Positions 35,674 to 49,091 of a stretch of 64,000 bases of DNA are shown one piece after another; positions within the stretch are counted from its first letter, which is position 1, and each line of letters opens with the position of its first letter. The notes under the pieces are model-generated. The model had not been told where the DNA came from. It saw only the letters and a list, made by a program, of their open reading frames with translations, and made no database searches. The DNA is taken from positions 23,436,001 through 23,500,000 of the forward strand of contig NW_025963879.1 in the NCBI RefSeq assembly GCF_023055435.1. The letters run 5' to 3'. Source of the stretch: Haliotis rufescens. Its lineage: Eukaryota. The translations under genes and the position numbers were made by a program.

Positions 35674-38600
35674 TTAGTGGAAGAGTGTTCGATCTGCTCG
35701 TGTTCCGAAGACCAGGCGCCAGGACACCGGGATCTTCCACTCTGTAGGTCCGGTTGCCTCCTTCCCCACCTCACTGCCGGGAGCTGCCTGAACAAACAAA
35801 TCACATGATTAACATGAGTTTGTCACAAAACACCCGATTCATGATGCAATGAAGTGTAAATGGCTACATTAGTGAACTGATGAATGATGCAAACTTTTGA
35901 TAATCTGGTTTAAGAATATGCTTTACTATAACTGGTTGCAGGTATTTTTCTATGTTTAACACTCAGCAATATTCCAGCTATATGACGGTGGTCTGTAAAT
36001 AATGGAGTCTGGACCAGACAATCCAGTGATTAACATCGTGAGCATCAATCTAGGCAATTGGGGTACCATGACATGCATCAGCCAAGTCAGCAACCCTCGA
36101 TACTGTTAGTTGCCTCTTATGATAAGCATAGTTGCCTCTTATGACAAGCATAGTTGCCTCTCATGACAAGCATAGTTGCCTCTTATGACAAGCATAGGTA
36201 AAGGAATTTCTCTTAGTGCAGGCAAATAAGGAGAAAGTCATTATTTTGTTCAAATTTGGGAGTTCAAAGTTGTTATTTGCCTAATTAATGAGAAATTAAA
36301 AACACTGAATTTTAAACATGCATTCAATCAAAATATATTTAAGTGAGCATTAAATCCTTTCCTCTATATTGGTCCTGTCACAAGTCTACAAAACCATAAC
36401 AGTCCTTGACTGAATTGTTAGCCAAACACCACATGGCAATGACAACTTCTCTTGATAGAACAATTTAAAAAAATCACTGGATTGTCTGGTCCAGACTCGA
36501 TTATTCTGAGACTGCCGTCATATAGCTGGAATATTGCTGAGTGCGGCGTAAAACAACAAACAAACAAACAAAACATGACATTCTCTTCACTTGATACGTT
36601 CAAAAGCCGGAAGTGTGGAGTTGTCCATATAGAATAGAAGTAAGCAGCTTCTAGATTCATGCAATGGTGGACAGTCACGATTGCTCCATAAGACATTGTT
36701 TCAAAACACATACTAATACTTTGATCTCTACTAACTGGTGTCATTTGCAAGATGGGACTTCAACAAATATGTTCACCGTACATGTGAAGCCCCATGTTAG
36801 ACATTGATGACAACCTTTAATAAGTTATGTCAATTTCACTACAATCTGATTTGCTGCTTACCTTTAGGGAGACAATCCTAAGCCAATTGTTCAACTGTGT
36901 AACCATGGCAACAGCATCATGGGCATTGTCCCCTTCTGAACAGAACATCATCATCACAACAACTGATGTGTCCATTTTGCTGAAACAATAGAACTTGCAT
37001 TGACAACAATGAAACATGAAACAGTTTAGACATTGATAGTCCAGAAATCTCATTATCTTTGGCACAAAGCAATGGAATCAGGTTGACCCTATGACAATGT
37101 AACAAAATGAATTGAAACTTGACAAATTAGCATATTTGAGCAAAGCTTGGTTTAATGTGGTCCTGATGTAGCACTAGTATCTGACACTTATCCATCTTTG
37201 ATTATCCAGTGTATTATATCTCCATTCTTTTATGATAACTACCATGGACCCATTTGCTGCCATATTTTTGTAATGGAAGTGACTGCATCAGCTTCACCGT
37301 TCTTATCACTAACTTGGTGGGGGTCGGGTAGCCTAGTGGTTAAAGCGTTCGCTCGTCATGCCGATGACCCATGTTCGATTCCTGACATGGGTACAATGTG
37401 TGAAGCCCATTTCTAGTGTCCCGCGGTGTGATATTGCTGGAATATTGCTAAAAGTGGCATAAAACCATACTCACTCACTATCACTAACTTGAGTTTGGTA
37501 TGGATCTACTTGATGAGAGCCCTTGATGTTTAAAATACACTTGCTGGAAAAGATGACAGGGGTAGGAGTCCCTTTGCTGCAAGATGTTCCCAGTTATATT
37601 TGAGACAGCACACAACTTCGTGAGTTGATAACTGGATATAGAGCTGCTTCAATTGTGAAAGAACATTGTAATTTGATTGGGCAGCTATTATTAGTGTTGT
37701 GTTATTCAAACCAGACTGAAAAGGAACGGTGGTGAATGAGTCCATGGTTATATCCTGATAGAATAGAGATATGATACACTGGAACAATGAGGAAGACAGT
37801 TATAAAACCAACTTACAGATTCTCAAAGAGTTGTTTAGCAATGCCACTTCCTGGCATGTAGAGCAGCTTCTGTTGCGAGCTGCCATCGATGGTGAGTTCA
37901 GTCGGGGTAGCTCTTCGCTCCAGCTCCTGCCAGCCTAGTGTCGTGCGGAACAGGTCACCACACTTCCTGTCCATCGACTCTGATGGGACGAACCGGAACT
38001 GGGATCTTTCATACAAAAAGCAGACGTCAAACATACTTCTCATGTCTATTTCTCGCTAACTGGAAGAAAGATTAGGTCGGCTTCAACTTTAAACAGCTTC
38101 AAGTCATATGGCGCTGATCATTACTGGGGCGAACTTGGTATTCCCACCCAATGACCAGCAGATCCTGGCAGCTAAGGGAAGCAACTCAGACATAGTTAGC
38201 ACCTATGCATTTTGCAGAATAGATGTTAAGATTGGTACCAGTGTGTGAAATAGCATGTAAACATAATGAGCTGGACAGGCAGGAGAGTAGAGACAGTGTT
38301 TATGGCGTTAATGACTGACCCTTGTAACTGGACATCCAGTCTCTCCTCTGAGTAGCTACTGGTCAGTATGATCACCTGCCGGAACTTCTGGAGCCTCGTC
38401 CACTCCGCCAGCCATGTCATGAACTTCTTCTTCTTGCCCTGAGTTAATACAGACATACATGCAGTTCATTCTCTTGTTTCACTCCCCTGCCCTGACAGTC
38501 ACACATGTCGTATTACTATATTGATGCAAAGAAAACATTTATAAAGTGTATGCTCCGTCTGAATCAAATGTTATATAACCAAACCATTCGAAATAGACAG

Positions 38601-41600
38601 AAAACAGATCACATGTGCATAACTACATGTAGATGCACAATTTCAACTTTGATGCCTGAATAGATAACCTGTCAATTTTGGCAATCTCTATTTGCTATTC
38701 TATAATGCTATTAAAGATCAAAGACACAGACTACTTAGCCTGCGATAAAGAACACTTTTTGGGTTATGTCAATATGGGCTGATGTCAGGATGCTGTTCAG
38801 ATTACCTCCATATCCTTAGTAACATCGTTCTTTCATTACTATCAAGCAATTATCAATTGGTAAAAATGTTTTAGACTTGTCACATAATGATTATTACCTA
38901 GGAAGAAATATGGTAAGATGATGTCAACCATATTTTGATTTATGTAATTATATTGAAGCAAATTAATATTTAAATTAATTAATAAAACTCAAAATAAAAT
39001 CATATTTATTGCTGCATGGGATTATGGATAACCATACATTGAACAGATTATGAAATGTGACCTATTAAAAAATAAACCAACCATTTTTCAGTGATGTTGT
39101 TTCAAGTTTAAAACATAAATATGTCTCTTAACATAGGGGGGCAGGCAATTAGGCGGAAAAACCTGTCAGTTAGCCCTGTTCGAGGATTTCCAATTTACGT
39201 CACAGGTCATTACAGACTTGATTTTAATTATAGCTCCAATAAAACACTTGTTTAGTCTTAAATTTGGCATCTTAGAAAAGTAATCAAGTTTGCTCTACCC
39301 CCATGTGTAGCGTAATAAAGTATAGTTTTGCCCTGAACTATTATAGACAAAGCAACTGTCCTCATGCTTTGACTATAATAGTTCATTTCACATGGGGGTA
39401 GAGCAAACTTTTTTTCTTAAACATATCTGACTGGGACAGTGACACAGGTCGTGTGTGAAGAGAAAAGTACATGGGACCGTCTCAAAAACTATTTGTTACT
39501 GAAACTGCCATTACAAAAATGGGGCACCAGAACACTAGATTCCAAATGTGGATCTGTCAACAGGGTTTAATCTGAGTTACAGGCAATACAAAACACTACT
39601 AACCTTCACAAATGGTGACCTCTGTTGAAGAACAACCAATTTGTTGCTCTCGTTTTCATATACTGAAATAAAAGAAAACATCACATACAGTCTGAACAGG
39701 TGCTTGTTTACAAAACTGCATACATTCTGGATACAATATTTTCACATTTATTAAACAAAAACCAACGGTAATATTCTCAAACACAGGGATGTTTATTTGT
39801 TTTCTTCCACCTGCCCCTTCCCTCTAAGGCTGAGCACAGAGATAACATACAAGCAAAACAGAGCCACAAGGCTCTGAACTCACCTGAATTATGAAGAAAT
39901 AATGGTTGCCATGTCTTAAATGGGATAGGAATTTTGACCACTTTTTAGAGACAGCTTAGCTGGGATCTTTCATGTAAAATGTAAGTTCCTTTGACCTTGG
40001 AGTTTCAGAATAGATGTAAAAAATACCATGACACTGGGTAAATGGGGTATGTGAAGATCAAAACTCAAAATATGCCAGAATTCTATGCCATATTATATAT
40101 AATACCACATCATAGTTGCATATCAAATTTCATACTGATACATGCAGAAATGGCTAAGTAATCACAAAAAATGACATTTTCAATATGGCCGCTGTGGAAT
40201 ATGGAATTCTGTAAGCAGTTTTCAAGAGACACCATAGCTGGGATTCATTTAAGTCACGTAAGCCTTAGGCATAACCTCATAGGAGATTATTGGTTAACGA
40301 TGACCAGACAGATGGACAGACAGATGATGGTCAACACACCACATCATAAAAATATGAATGCTTCAGCCAATGGATAAGGTGACTTACATTTGCTACTAAG
40401 TATGTTATTCTGTTGTCATAGTTACCTTCACAGCTGGTAGTGAGTTTACAAATGTTTGCGTCATGGTGAGCAAAGGGGTTGTTGCCGACCATGGGGAGGA
40501 TGCTGTCATGGTAGATATAGCCGACTCTCTCCATCCACAACGTTGAGATGACCAGATCGGCTGTCAGCTGACCAACATTCCCAACAGACACACATGGCTG
40601 GAAACAAGTAGAGAAGTCCTTCAGGATTATCTATGATTCCAAACTAAGAGCCCTTTTATGTTCAAAATTGGCATTCTTAAAGGTGAGATTTCTTAAATAC
40701 AGAGGTCTTTTAACATTGTATAACATTACATTCAAAAATGTAATATTAAGCACTAAACCCTCTTTATTGGTCTTGATATCAGTGAAAAAGTCAAGTATCA
40801 TGATATCATACAAGTCAATCCAACCAAGCCATCACATTAGTTATAACCACTAATTTAGTCCCCATTAGGGAATGTTTGCCAACATTTGCTGCAGACAAAT
40901 CGTGGCCTCTGAATAGGTCTAGATAAATCCCTGTCCCTAATATGAAACTATTTATCTTCTTTATCATTCCTTACATACTTGACTGCAATGAGTGAGTGGA
41001 CAATAGCTAAGGGATGTTCTGCACAGAAGTTTTTTCATTGTTGTTTAATTTGGCATTCAGCAATGGTCCAGCTTAAAGAACAGCACTATATTATTTGTTT
41101 ATATATTTTATATATTATTTTTTTTGTCCATTCTGTTGTGATAAATATCCTGGACCCATTCGCCACAATAGCTTCGGATCAGAAATGACGTCACCATCTC
41201 TATTTTCGTATCACAAAAGTTTTATCGATCACGAGTGTAATTTGATTGGATGACTATATATAACATTGTGTCATGGGGTTCAAAACGAAGCTGTGGTCGT
41301 GAATGGGTCCAGGGTATTATCGAAACTGAATGGACATGAAACACTCTGGACAACTGATTGTAATGCTTCATATCCTATTGAAATATCATCTCTTGGGATG
41401 AGGGTGCTTTAAATATTTCCACAAATTTGATAATTTTCCATTCTATTAACATAGAAGTAAAACTAGTGTCCTGTATATCTTCATTAAGTTTCAGCTCTCT
41501 GGGCCTTGTGAAGAACCTTAAACTGCCTGTGCCAAAAACTGATAAATCCACTAGGCTCGACCTCATTTTCAGTAGATCATAGTGTTAATGTATGGACTTT

Positions 41601-44600
41601 TATTAGCAAAGCTTACAAGTCCACAGGGTACAAGAATTAACAAAACTCTGGTAGTCTGAGACAAGTAAAATTTGAAGGACAAGTGACATTTCCTTGTGGT
41701 CTACCAGTTTTACCATTAGGTAGATGGCAACTCTGTAGAATATCATTTTTGCGGACTAGTGAAAATATAAATTAATTTCTAACCCTTACTGACCAAACAG
41801 AATTTTATTCGAAATGGCTATTGGACAAGTTGCTAAAGTCATGGACTATTTCATTTTTTTCGTAATTTGAATTATCATTTATTTTGAAAAAAATAATGTT
41901 AATTTCAACACCATGAACCACACCATAGTGCCACACATCATTCCGTGAATATCCGGGGTGGACTAGGTCTTCAGCAACCCATGCTTTCCGTAAGAGGCGG
42001 CTATGCTTGTCATAAGAGGTGACTACCAGGATCGAGTGGTCGCCGACTTGGTTGATGCATGTCATTGATCCCAATTGCGTGGATCGATGCTCATGATGTC
42101 AATCACTGGATTGTCTGTCCAGATTTGATTATTTACAGACCGTCGTCATATAGCTGGAATATTGCTGAGTGTGGCGTTAACAACAAACAAACATTCATCC
42201 CTGTAGCATGCCCACAGAAGAAGCCAATAATTCATGGTCAGACTCTGGATTGCATGATGTCAATCACTGGATTGTCTGAGAGAGACTCAGTTATTTACAG
42301 GCTGCAGTCATATTGCTGGAATGTTGCTGAGTGCAGCATAAATAAAAACAACAACGTTTGTTTATGGACAAATGGACAGACAGTAGTCAAAGTTCCGTAC
42401 CATGAGCTCACATGACTTCTTAATGCTACCATGCACTTCCAGTCCAATCTTTTGTTTGAGTTGTATACCCTACAAAGTAGGGTTTAAAAAATAAGTCTTA
42501 AGACTCATTGAGTTGTTCCTCCCCACGGAAATCTTTAGTAAAAGGCGAAAGATTTATGCGAGGTGAAGAGAAACCAGAGTACTGCAACTAAGGAAATGTT
42601 TAGACCCATATTTCAAAGACATTATTCAGAAATTGGTGTTTTCTGTCATACTTATCACAATTATTTAATTCTCTTAGCTATTGAATTGGAGTTGTTGGTA
42701 GATTACCTCATAGATGGTAACACAATTACTATTGTGGTTTAAAGAAAATTAATTATGTGTAAAGATTTAGCAGGTATGTTTTCATTCAATCTTTCTTCAG
42801 CATATCATTAGTGAGTCAGCAAGCAATGGCCGACGTTCACCCAGTTTTTCTATTTATAGAATAAATCATGCCACAATGTACACACTTTTCACTCACTTCG
42901 GCCTGGTCATAAGGATGAGCGAGAATGATAGCCTGAAGCACAAGGAATCCTCAAACGCTTAACTATAAAGATATTCCTTCACCAAAAACTATAAGACTCT
43001 TGCAATCAGAAGGATGTTCTTTTTGTTCTTCCATAAACCTAACGTAGATGAAACTACTCAACATAGTGATTAAGATCACTGCTGGAAACACATTTAGATT
43101 CTGTCCTGTCTGTACAGCAATGATACTTGCTCCCTGGTTGACAGCAGTAAAACTGGCCCTAAACAAGCATAAACTGATTTAATACTTTAGGGAAGGTAAT
43201 GCATCATGTGTCATTTCATAACAAATATTTATTAGGACAAGAGACCATAAAATATTTCATGGTCCCTGTTACCACTTGGATGAGATATTGTAGTCAGGCT
43301 TGACCTGCTGGCCATGAATGCCAGTCGATTTCTGGCTTGACCATGACCCTGACCATCTATTAATAGCTCTACCTTGCCAGTTGCAGCTGATACCACCAGG
43401 CAGACCTTGCTGACAAAGGTGGGGCTATAAATAGCTTAGATATAAACGCAAGGGTGGACGTGGACGGTAACACGCAACTCAGTTTCTGTTCAAATGTGAC
43501 TGTAGCTATGTTATTGTAAATCAGTGGGATTTGTAACAAATATCACAATTGAGTTCAAATAGTCTGGACTCTAAAGTGTTGAAGTAATACAGATTCAAAT
43601 ATATTATTTGATTAAAAAATGGTCAGGTTTTCTTTGAGAAGCTACTTCACCTGAAAACCTAACAGGGCAGTATACAATCTGATCTAATCCCATATTTGTT
43701 AACTCTGGTTTCTCTTCACCTCGCATAAATCTTTCGCCTTTTACTAAAGATTTCCGTGGGGAGGAACAACTCAATGAGTCTTAAGACTTATTTTTTAAAC
43801 CCTACTTTGTAGGGTACACAACTCAAACAAAGAATAGACCTAATTAGAGAAATTCACATGTTAGTTGTTTACTGCCGCACTCAGCAATATTCTATATATA
43901 TGGCTGTCTGTAAGGAGAATAATAACTTCCTATTCAGACATTATTCTATTTGTCAATGTCATTAAAATCAGATCTTGCACTCCGATTTGATGTCTCTCTC
44001 TTTCCATCCGTTGGAAGTATGGTTCACTATCCTGCATGAGTTAAATTAAAAATGTTCTCAAAAGAGATGCTAAATGCCATTGGTTTGCTAATGTATACAC
44101 AATTCTTAAATAAATTTAATAATAAAACGCAAATCACTGAGAATGTAATCCTATCAGGGATTTCATATCTAGACCTGCTCAGACGGAGCAAATGTCAGTA
44201 AAGAGTCCCAAATTGGGATTACACATTTCCCAATTTTATAATATGTTAATATTGTTCTTATCACTAATGTGAGGGCTTGGTCCAGGTTACATGTGTATTT
44301 CTCTGGTAACAGAGCCAGTAAATTAGAAGAGGCTTTAGTGTTAAAAAGAAAGCTAGACCTTCAGAAAATCCCAGTTCTAGATATCAAACTTTACCCAGAT
44401 TCCCAAGACTCTATTTGACACTGACATTATACAATGAAAATCATGGAGAATACAGTTCAATTTGTCTTAAAATTCTCAGAATATGACACCATAGATGTTT
44501 AACATTGCTTAAAAATGCAATGAAAAAATAGTTCTATTGTAAAAAAAGTTCAATTTGGGGAAAGTAGTTTTGCAACATTCCAGAGGCCAAAAAATTAAGT

Positions 44601-47059
44601 CATTGAAATTCCACATGGCCATGCTATGCTAACATATTAGGCACACTTCTATGGTTACTTTAGGGTTTACAGTTCTTTGGCAATGCAATCAGCTTGGGAA
44701 GGTCAAAATCAAAATACATTTTGCAGTTTAATATGTATATTCATTTGACAAAACATTCTGTTGAATCCATAAGGCAAATATATAAAAAATAGTTTCTTTA
44801 TTTCAAGCAGAGCACCCCCACACAAGAATTACATATAGTCTCATGTTTCACTTCAGAGCTTATTTATAATATTGATATCAGATGATTCATAATATTCTGG
44901 TGAAGTATACCACAAGTAATGAAAATCTGCTCCAGACAGCTAAAAAGATATCCAAGTTAAAACTTCAAATGACTGACACAATTGTGGTATTACAATAAAA
45001 TGATACAAATTATGTTTTAAGAATTTCCACAATGTTATCAAAATTAAATAATGTCCTTATTAATTCAGATAGTAGATACAAAGGACAAATGTACAAGATA
45101 TATTATATTTCCTTATTTTGGAAGGTAAACTTTCTGTGTATTTCTTCATATAACATGTATACAATCACAAATATGTACCAGTATGTTCCACTGCAAACTC
45201 CAATGTTTGGAATTGATTTTTAAGTATTCTATCATATAATATTAATTATGTGCTAGTGATGCATTTGTCAGATCTTCAAACAGATAGGTATTGTATCTTG
45301 AGTAAAATATCTGATTTTAATTAGATTGTATTTTTGATTGATTAGGTACCACTCCAACATGCAACAAAAAGCAACTGTTTTATATTTAGATATAATAACT
45401 GGTTAAATGTATGGGCGGCCATCCGGCAAAAAAATACCAAGTGGAAATAAAGGACAAAAGTAAGCAATAATAGTCAAATCTAAGAAATAAATAATTAATG
45501 TTTCAAATAAAGGTCATTTTTTACATACAAAAAGTGAATTCAAAACACAAAACTATACCAATGAACAACACGCAAATGAAAGACGGCATATGTAAAAGTG
45601 TACTAAAGAACCTCAGTGCACAAAAAGGACTTCTAACTGCTAAAGAACAACGTTGACAATAAAGAACACCAGATGGCGCTGCGATTTGTAAAACATTCTG
45701 AGTTTAATCAGCTTGTTTGATGTATATGATATTCCAGGGTACTCAATGTATTATGTCATTCCTCTTGCACTCAGCATGTGATACCGAATGATAGTTCTGA
45801 AAAGTGAATGTTGTGCAAAAATATTGCAGCACTTGGTCTACTTCAGACTATTAGTTCATGACTATAATATTACTGAGAGATGTAAAATGTAAAATTTCCT
45901 TTGTGATGGTGTAAATGTAGCAGCAAATATTAACCCAATTTGAAAAAGAGACACTGCCAAGTACTGTCTGAGATATTGGTATGCGTAAAAAAACAGCAAA
46001 TTTCAACACACCGACAAGAGTACTGTGCGACAATTTGTCCCTTTGTTGTTTCAAATATATGAATGACATAAATATAAGTTAAGTGTTAAATAAGTGTTTA
46101 TTGAAGGTTGTGTACAAAATACATTCACTGTGACTAATTAGACATATGTCGGATTACACAGAGCATAATATTTATCAAAATGTGAAGTGTTTCTGGTGAA
46201 GATGACTGAATGCTGGTATATAAATGCAACATGTATCGATATATGATGTCAGAAGCTGAGTGCACGAGGAATGATGTAATACATTGAGCACTTCAACGTG
46301 CATTTATCATATACATTGAGGAACAAGCCGATAAATTGCAGCGCCATCTGACATTCTTTATTGTCAACGTTGTCTCTTAGCAGTTTTGTGTCCTTTTTAT
46401 GCACTGACATTCTTTAGTACACATTGTTCTTTCTTTACATATGACGTCTATATCGTTTGCGAGTTGTTCATTGGTATTGTTTTGTATTTTGAATTCATTA
46501 TTTGTTGGTAAACAAAGACCTTTATTTGTAGCATCCATTCTTTGTTCAAGACATTTGACTATTATTGCTTACTTTTGTCGTTTATTTCCACTTTGTATTT
46601 TTGCTACTGAATGGCTGCCCATATAAACATCAAAGCATTAAATTTTTATGGGCACAGCAAAAACCGAGACACAAACCCTACTCTCCCGAAAATGAAGTCA
46701 GTTAATACACAAATTTGTTGTTATCTCACTTTTATGTACCTTTCCAATTTGTTTATAACCATCTTCAAAACATAATGAAAGAAAACGTGATATGTTACAA
46801 TGCTTATCTCACAATATCAGACTTCAAATGCTAGACTCATATTTGTATCATATTTTGGGTCCGTTTTGAAGCTGTGCTGTTTTTGGGCTTATTTCAAACT
46901 GCAAACCAACCACTTGGGTAATAACCTTCAATCTTAGGGTAAATTAAATATTATTTACTACGTATTCTGTTTCATTCAGTATTCTTACGATAAGCGGCTT
47001 ACCAAAATAAACGTGAAATCCTCCCAGTTCCTTTTCTTGTCATCAGCTGAGACGAACAT
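35674..47059 (-). CDS. PSMG2: Proteasome assembly chaperone 2, 7 exons, ~275 aa
   Basis: Exons (minus): 47059-47003, 40597-40426, 39662-39604, 38438-38320, 38005-37817, 36979-36862, 35787-35674 (828 nt, GT-AG, phases consistent). Motifs MFV..FTFILPCVSVGNVGQLTADLVISTL, LPMVGNNPF, VVLQQRSPF, LYMPGSGIAK, MFCSEGDNAHDA, EWKIPVSWRLVFG..LFH*. Confidence 0.96.
35955..36197 (-). repeat. Repeat family A copy with four tandem 22-bp hairpin units
   Basis: gttgcctcttatgacaagcata x4 at ~36108-36196; opposite-orientation partial copy at 36474-36573. Confidence 0.85.
37316..37478 (+). mobile_element. tRNA-derived SINE family B (~165 bp, (CTCA)n tail) with 12-bp TSD
   Basis: A box tagcctagtgg, B box gttcgattcc; TSD tatcactaactt at 37304-37315 and 37479-37490. 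It sits inside an older inverted-repeat element (~37195-37250 pairs with ~37740-37790). Confidence 0.9.
39055..39410 (+). repeat. Dispersed repeat with internal inverted repeat; second copy at ~63660-63940
   Basis: Shared gacctatt..aaaacataaatatgtctctta..cagttagccctgttcgagga..gctctacccccatgtgtagcgtaataaagtatagttttgccctgaactattata; inverted pair aagtttgctctacccccatgtg / cacatgggggtagagcaaactt. Confidence 0.8.
41127..41337. mobile_element. Old MITE with imperfect TIRs
   Basis: tccattctgttgtgataaatatcctggacccattcgccaca versus tgtggtcgtgaatgggtccagggtattatcgaaactgaatgga. Confidence 0.65.
41942..42355 (+). repeat. Repeat family A full copy (41942-42192) plus 3' fragment (42254-42355)
   Basis: ccgtgaatatccgggg..ggtcttcagcaacccatgc..gtcataagaggtgact..gctggaatattgctgagtgtggcgttaacaacaaac. 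Confidence 0.85.
42451..43831. repeat. Near-perfect 130-bp inverted repeats enclosing ~1.1 kb (foldback/MITE-like) in PSMG2 intron 1
   Basis: 42451-42580 is the reverse complement of 43702-43831, with one mismatch seen. Confidence 0.9.
45410..46623. mobile_element. Long-TIR non-autonomous DNA transposon with TATGG termini (~370-bp imperfect arms)
   Basis: tatgggcggccat..gacaaaagtaagcaataatagtcaaat..cagatggcgctgcgattt..cctcttgcactcagc is mirrored by gctgagtgcacgagg..aaattgcagcgccatctg..atttgactattattgcttacttttgtc..atggctgcccata. Confidence 0.85.
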
Positions 47060-47547
47060 TTTTAAAGTATACCCTTCACAAATAGATTGAATCCAAAAGG
47101 TCTGAGCGGCCGTCTCACAAACGTTCTTTGTACACTGTCAAACCCTCAAAGCATGCAGTTAAAGAGTGACATATCATGCTTCCATGGACGCCGCCATACT
47201 TGACTAGTACTTTTGTTCATACTTCGTTTGTCCTTACCACAACCCCCAAACGAACAAAGCACCATCACTTTCCACTGTTAAACATCTATTCAAAGATACA
47301 AGGACATAGGAGGCACCCAATTTGTTTGATTTGTTTAGATATCATTGAATCGAGTAATTGAGATTACAAAAAAAATGATTTATATGCTTTTAAACGATTT
47401 AGTGACAAAAATTGATACCAAATCTATTACCATTTCAGTGTTTGATATCACTAAATCGTCTTTATACATATCACAAATTCGATACGTATTTGTTCATATC
47501 TAAAAATCGAATTCGTCTTATATATCAATACTTCACTTCTTGGTTCG

Positions 47548-47650
47548 ACCCGTTACGATCCGGGTTAGAATTGGTCTTCAGCAACCCATGTTTGTCGTAA
47601 GAAGCGACTAAGGGGATCGGGTGGTCGGGCTCGCTTACTTGGTTGATGCA
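47548..47650 (+). repeat. Repeat family A, 5' portion
   Basis: cccgttacgatccgggttagaattggtcttcagcaacccatgtttgtcgtaagaagcgactaaggggatcgggtgg. Confidence 0.85.
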
Positions 47651-47746
47651 CTCACTCTCAAAATACAGTAAATAGTGAGTGAGTTTGGTTTTACGCCGCT
47701 TTTAGCAATATTCCAGCAATATCACTCACTCATAATACAGTAAATA

Positions 47747-48151
47747 GTGAGTGAGTGATTTTGGCTTTACTCCGCTTTTAGCAATATTCCAGCAATATCA
47801 CGGCGGGGGACACCAGAAATGGGCTTCACACATTGTACCTATGTCGGGATTCGAACCCGGGTCTTCGGCGTGACGAGCGAACGCTTTAACCACTAGGCTA
47901 CCCGACCGCCCCCAAGTTAGTGATAAGAAAGGTGAAGCTGATGCAGTCACTTCCATTACAAAACTATGGCAGCAAATGGGTCCATGGTAGTTATCATACA
48001 AGAATGGAGATATAATACACTGGATAATCAAAGATGGATAAGTGTCAGATACTAGTGCTACATCAGGACCATATGAAACCAAGCTTTGCTCAAATATGGG
48101 TCTTCGGCGTGACGAGCGAACGCTTTAACCACTAGGCTACCCGACCGCCCC
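47747..48151 (-). mobile_element. Composite SINE B insertion: SINE head + 185 bp copied from PSMG2 intron 5 + full SINE, 13-bp TSD
   Basis: TSD aatacagtaaata at 47734-47746 and 48152-48164; 47914-48098 is a near-identical reverse complement of 37131-37315. Confidence 0.88.
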
Positions 48152-48588
48152 AATACAGTAAATAAGTCACAACAATATAATTGTCAGTCACGTGTTTGTG
48201 TGTTAATTTGTTAATTATCATCATAGGTTTCGCGACTGTCTACCATTTCACAAAATAAATAATAGATATCCCAAAATCGGTCATAAAAAGAATGAAATAT
48301 TGATCAAATCTGCTCCTTCATACAATACATATTAAGATAGATCTGTAATAAAATGGATTTTAGACATAAAACATCATTTATTGATATCACATGAAATTAA
48401 ATTTGTGATATCAAAAACTCATTTTGTGATATCAATAAATGACTTATTGATATCATAAAATAGGTAATGTACAAAAATAAAGTAAAACGACACATCATGA
48501 TTTTAATGAGTAATATAAATAAATGGAATTCTGTTTACTCCTTCCATGACCAATCTCTGGCTATCGTTCATCCCATAAACATGATAAA

Positions 48589-48754
48589 GGGGCGGTCGGG
48601 TAGCCTCGTGGTTAAAACGTTCGCTCGTCACGCCGAAGACCCGGGTTCGTTTCCCGACATGGGTAGAATGTGTGAAGCCCATTTCTGGTGTCCCCCGCCG
48701 TGATATTGCTGGAAAACCATACTCACTCACTCACTCACTCACTCACTCACTCAC
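48589..48754 (+). mobile_element. SINE family B copy with long (CTCA)n tail
   Basis: ggggcggtcgggtagcctcgtggttaaaacgttcgctcgtcacgccgaagacccgggttcg...actcactcactcac. Confidence 0.9.
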
Positions 48755-49091
48755 TTATCCCATAAAACTTCATATAAATATGATGAATAAAGAATTTAAC
48801 AAATACTATAACAAGTTCCTAACAAATTCGGACTCTGCAGTAAAATACATTCGTGGCCAACTCGTTCCATAATTCCATTACAGCATAGGTTTCCATAAGG
48901 ATCGAGTTGGTCACAAATGATTCCGCGTAGTGCTATCCAAACTCCAGGCAGCGTTATAGGACTTCGACGGTTCCTTTACGAATGGCGAAGGTAGCACGCA
49001 CTGAGGTGGAGCATGTATCGACCTACATTTTACTCAGCAGTTTTACCTAGGCGAGTTTGTTAGGATAGACTATTAGTTACACGGTTGCAGC

